Below the pieces are notes generated by a model, which made no database searches, was not told where the DNA came from, and saw only the letters and a program-made list of their open reading frames with translations. This document shows, one piece after another, positions 60,317 through 64,000 of a DNA stretch of 64,000 nt. The stretch is from an uncultured bacterium (GTDB taxonomy: Bacteria > Babelota > Babeliae > Babelales > Babelaceae). Each line of letters opens with the position of its first letter. Within the stretch, counting starts at the first letter, position 1. The DNA lies in assembly GCA_963824495.1 (NCBI GenBank), contig CAWGPQ010000017.1, forward strand, positions 1-64,000, read 5' to 3'. Position numbers and translations under genes: made by a program.

Positions 60317-60866
60317 GAGAAGATATTCCTTCGTTTTCTTGTAAGCTACATGATGGTGACGTTTGATGTGAAATAAAGGCAAATGCCAGAGTTGCTACAA
60401 TCCACTTAGACAGTTCAGATAGTGTAGCTTCATCATGATTACTTCTTATCATCTTAATTGATTGTCTCAATAAGGCTCCCGCTCCACATAATGAGGTACT
60501 AAAAACTATAGTGTGTAAAAGATTTTCAGGGATACATTTTTTAAGGGGACATCCAGGAATAACATGAGCATCACACCGTGGTGCTGTAGCATATGCCCCA
60601 GAAATAGCAGCAAGAAAAATCGGAGACCAGACAGGTACTGTTAGAGGAAACCTCAAAGTTGTTGCCAGTGAGATAATTTCATAAAAGGTATCGATTGCTG
60701 TTGCCCCAGTCGTAACAAGTGATACACGATACAGCATTTCGTCAAAAGGCTTGCCTGTATGACATTCTTGAATGGAACATTCAACAGCACGTATAATGCG
60801 AGTTGATGTACTCACCAAGAACATAAAGCTAACTAAAAAAATACTACCAAAAGTTTGCTTATACAT
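60309..60866 (-). CDS. Paralog family member 2 (two internal units)
   Basis: MYKQTFG...CSIQEC...CPLKKC...WIVATLAFAFISHQTSPSCSL. Confidence 0.7.
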   Translation of the reverse strand: MYKQTFGSIFLVSFMFLVSTSTRIIRAVECSIQECHTGKPFDEMLYRVSLVTTGATAIDTFYEIISLATTLRFPLTVPVWSPIFLAAISGAYATAPRCDAHVIPGCPLKKCIPENLLHTIVFSTSLCGAGALLRQSIKMIRSNHDEATLSELSKWIVATLAFAFISHQTSPSCSLQENEGISSHV

Positions 60867-60939
60867 AAGAACGTGCTCGTTAGATGCTCAAAATTCGCCA
60901 GGGAGCTTATAGTCCCTGGCAAAAAACTTTTGATAAAGT

Positions 60940-61260
60940 TTAGCGCGATGTAACGTCTTCTAAGTTACATGATGGTTGTGTCCGATATGCAACAAAAGCG
61001 CTAGTCGCAGCAGCTAAAAGCCAGCTTGACAATTTTCTATTGTTGCGTGTAAGACCGGGAAGTTCATCAGCAACTGCTTTTAATGAAAATCCCCCTGCTA
61101 AAAGCGCACTAGCAAACAGTACTTGATGTGGCCACACTTGCTCGCGAGCACATTGCTTAAGAGGACATTCAGCACTATGGCTTAAGACACTGCCATAATA
61201 AGAACTTGCCAAAAGTACCAAACTCATCAAAAGAGTAACACCAGAAGTTTTCTTTTGCAT
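60940..61260 (-). CDS. Paralog family member 1
   Basis: AAGGGG SD; MQKKTSG...CPLKQC...WLLAAATSAFVAYRTQPSCNL. Confidence 0.7.
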   Translation of the reverse strand: MQKKTSGVTLLMSLVLLASSYYGSVLSHSAECPLKQCAREQVWPHQVLFASALLAGGFSLKAVADELPGLTRNNRKLSSWLLAAATSAFVAYRTQPSCNLEDVTSR

Positions 61261-61397
61261 ATTATTCCCCTTCATAAGTTAAACAACATCTGTTTTCAAA
61301 TTGTGCTCATACTATCATCAAAGATTTGTTTACACAAGAGAGGTACCTCATGAGGGAGTGTCATTGCCACTCCCACCGCTCTCTGCTCAAACAATAA

Positions 61398-61787
61398 TCA
61401 AGACTGGGCTTGATCTCCTAAGTTTTCTTCATCTATGAGTTCTACTTCATTAGTACACACAAAAGAAAGGTTAAGTCTTACGTTTGCGTTAATTTTGCCT
61501 GTGTGTACTTCAAGCGTATCCCATACCTCTTTGTATTCTTTAGTTAGAGCATCAACTTTATTGATAGTCTCATGCAGGGCTTTATGAAGAAGCTCTGTCA
61601 GTCGAGAGTCGAGTTCATTACATCCTGCCTGTTTCTCGGGTGCCAGCATAGCGTATGCTTTATCAATACATTGATTATTAAGAAAGGGACGAAAAGGAGC
61701 TTGTGCTGTTTCGGCCTGACACTGGAACATGAACGTGGCAAGTCCTAGTCCGGCAGCGGTTACTAACGATACATTTTTGAATACCAT
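61398..61787 (-). CDS. Secreted hypothetical protein
   Basis: AAGGAG SD; signal peptide. Confidence 0.7.
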   Translation of the reverse strand: MVFKNVSLVTAAGLGLATFMFQCQAETAQAPFRPFLNNQCIDKAYAMLAPEKQAGCNELDSRLTELLHKALHETINKVDALTKEYKEVWDTLEVHTGKINANVRLNLSFVCTNEVELIDEENLGDQAQS

Positions 61788-62005
61788 ACGGTCTCCTTTG
61801 AGTTTTTACGGATACGTTAATTTACGCGAGGCTTAGGATATCAATGCCTCGGCAAAAAATCAATCACGTTGATAAGAGGCCCCCCTCGTTAACAGGCAGC
61901 GAAATAGCGGGGAAAATACTAGACTTTTCCTATAATTTGGTTACAATAAGAAATAAGTAGAGTTTATAATAAAATTCCTAATAGAAATCAAAAATTTGCA
62001 AAACT

Positions 62006-63811
62006 ATGAATATACATGAAAAGAAACGACCTAATGTACGAAATCTAGCAATAATCGCCCACGTAGACCATGGCAAGACCACGCTCGTGGACAAATTGTT
62101 GCGCCAATCCGGAACCATAGAAGACGATGCTGGCGAACGAGTAATGGACTCGAATGCCCTTGAACGTGAACGTGGTATTACGATTTTGGCAAAGAATACG
62201 GGTATTACCTATGGCGATTACGCTATTAATATCGTTGATACCCCCGGCCATAGTGACTTCGGGGGTGAAGTAGAACGAACGCTCCAGATGGTTGAAGGAT
62301 TTTTGCTCTTGGTCGATGCTGCTGAAGGGGTACTCCCAGGAACGCGCTTTGTACTTCATAAAGCACTTCAGCTTAATCTCAAGCCGCTCGTGCTTATTAA
62401 TAAAATTGATAGAAAAGATGCTGATATTGAGCGAACCGAAAGCCTTATACATGATCTTTTTCTTGATCTGGCACAACATGAAAGTCAGCTTGAGTTTCCT
62501 ATCCTTTATGGATCGTCACGATTGGGTTTTGCAACCTCAAATCCTCTAGAAACGAGTGATAGCATGAAACCTCTTTTTGATGCCATACTCAAGCACATAC
62601 CAGCGCCTTCAGAAAAAGCTGCCAGTTTACAACTTTTGGTAACAAGTTTAGACCACTCGGACTTCTTAGGTCAAATTGCAATTGGGCGTATCTTTAGCGG
62701 AGAACTCAAAGTTGGACAACACGTTATATGTTGCAAAGACGAAACAATAAGTAAACCGATTAAAATAACCAAAATTTATACATTTAATGGGCTACAACGA
62801 ATAGAGTCATCAAGTGCTTCGTATGGCGATATTGTTGCCATTACAGGATTTACTGAGCCTGTTACTATCGGTACGACTATTTGTGATATCGGCAACGCAT
62901 TACCTCACCCTTACGTAAAGATCGACGAGCCAACGCTCTCATTCTACATTTCAGTTAATGATTCACCATTTAATGGGCAAGAGGGCAAGCTGCTCACTTC
63001 ACGCCAAATTAGAGATCGCTTAGAAAAAGAACTCAAAACAAACGTCGCGCTCCGGGTAGAATCTACTGATTCAGCTGATGTGTTTAAAGTATCTGGACGG
63101 GGTCAGCTTCATTTGGGCATTCTTGTTGAAAATATGCGTCGTGAGGGATTTGAGCTTCAAATATCAGCACCTGAAGTTATCTATAAAACCATCGATGGGG
63201 TCAAGCATGAGCCCATCGAATATCTTGTCGTTGATCTTCTTGAGGAACATCAAGGCTTGGTACTCGAATACTTGGGCAGAAAAAAAGCAGAAATGAGAAA
63301 TATGGTACACTACGGTAATGGTCGTATGCGTATTGAATTTGAAGTACCATCTCGGGGGCTTTTGGGATTTAGAAATCAGTTTTTAACGGATACTCGCGGC
63401 AGCGGTATTGCTACATTTAGTTTCCACGGATACCAGCCCTATAAAGGCGATATACCACTCCGTACACGTGGCGCCCTTGTCTCTATGGAAAACGGGCCAG
63501 CAACCAATTTTGCCCTTAACGTATTACAAGAACGAGGGACTCTATTCGTCAAACCCACAGAAAAGATATACGAAGGTATGATTATTGGCGAAAATAGTCG
63601 TGAAGACGATATGGATGTTAACCCCTGTAAATTAAAAAAGCTTACTAATATGCGTGCATCTGGATCTGACGATCTGGTTAAGATTGAGCCACCACGTAAG
63701 ATGACGCTTGAAATGTGCATGGAATGGATTATGCCCGATGAACTTATTGAAGTTACGCCACTTTCTATACGCTTGCGCAAGAAAATTCTCCGTGCGTCGC
63801 TCAGAAAATAA
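62006..63811 (+). CDS. typA: Translational GTPase TypA/BipA
   Basis: [48 protein letters not shown]. Confidence 0.97.
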   Translation: MNIHEKKRPNVRNLAIIAHVDHGKTTLVDKLLRQSGTIEDDAGERVMDSNALERERGITILAKNTGITYGDYAINIVDTPGHSDFGGEVERTLQMVEGFLLLVDAAEGVLPGTRFVLHKALQLNLKPLVLINKIDRKDADIERTESLIHDLFLDLAQHESQLEFPILYGSSRLGFATSNPLETSDSMKPLFDAILKHIPAPSEKAASLQLLVTSLDHSDFLGQIAIGRIFSGELKVGQHVICCKDETISKPIKITKIYTFNGLQRIESSSASYGDIVAITGFTEPVTIGTTICDIGNALPHPYVKIDEPTLSFYISVNDSPFNGQEGKLLTSRQIRDRLEKELKTNVALRVESTDSADVFKVSGRGQLHLGILVENMRREGFELQISAPEVIYKTIDGVKHEPIEYLVVDLLEEHQGLVLEYLGRKKAEMRNMVHYGNGRMRIEFEVPSRGLLGFRNQFLTDTRGSGIATFSFHGYQPYKGDIPLRTRGALVSMENGPATNFALNVLQERGTLFVKPTEKIYEGMIIGENSREDDMDVNPCKLKKLTNMRASGSDDLVKIEPPRKMTLEMCMEWIMPDELIEVTPLSIRLRKKILRASLRK

Positions 63812-63920
63812 ATAATTTAGAACTACTCAAAACACGCTCTTAGCTTGCCAATGGTCGAGAACTTTTATAGATTTATGGCAAAATCTTAACGTTCAATTAT
63901 AGCTTCATTTAAGGATTGAC

Positions 63921-64000
63921 ATGAGAAAAAGGCGTGCTGTGCTTTTGGCTTTCATAATAAGCTGTAGCTGTATTCAACCGATAGTATCTCAGGAAGACGA
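63921..64000 (+). CDS. Partial CDS (signal peptide), runs off the window
   Basis: AAGGA SD; MRKRRAVLLAFIISCSCIQPIVS. Confidence 0.55.
   Translation, partial: MRKRRAVLLAFIISCSCIQPIVSQED

Noticed and set aside
1..64000. CRISPR array, cas, reverse transcriptase, prophage or rRNA genes
   Set aside because: No repeat-spacer array, RT motifs, phage structural genes or rRNA signatures seen

Overview
Bacterial chromosomal segment, roughly 40% GC by eye. Gene content fits an intracellular parasite of protists, most likely Candidatus Dependentiae/Babeliae (TM6); this assignment is inference. Supporting genes are an NTT ATP/ADP translocase, several signal-peptide ankyrin proteins, an exported MutS-domain-V protein, a Bat operon and scattered type IV pilus genes. 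Housekeeping genes include sufS, HU, lepB, topA, metG, gltX, potABCD, a BamA/TamA gene, rpsU, rbfA, tsaC, a folC-like gene, atpB/atpE, a cysK-like gene and typA. There are also tRNA-Cys and tRNA-Leu and one intact IS982-family element with a 7-bp target duplication. Main observations: (1) an F-type ATP synthase c subunit made of four fused, non-equivalent hairpins (E/Q/E/D at the ion-binding position) in a short atpI-atpB-atpE cluster; (2) a stand-alone 160-nt end-paired element at 10.8-10.95 kb with a second partial copy at 30.9 kb; (3) an M23 peptidase split by a -1 frameshift at an A10G (A_AAA_AAG) slippery run; (4) a prepilin peptidase with no ATG/GTG/TTG start; (5) candidate effectors, namely a secreted pseudo-Fic protein, ankyrin proteins with F-box-like tails and tandem paralog arrays. 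Several +1 homopolymer frameshifts and the A-free 242-nt start suggest sequencing or assembly error, which weakens all frameshift-based claims.
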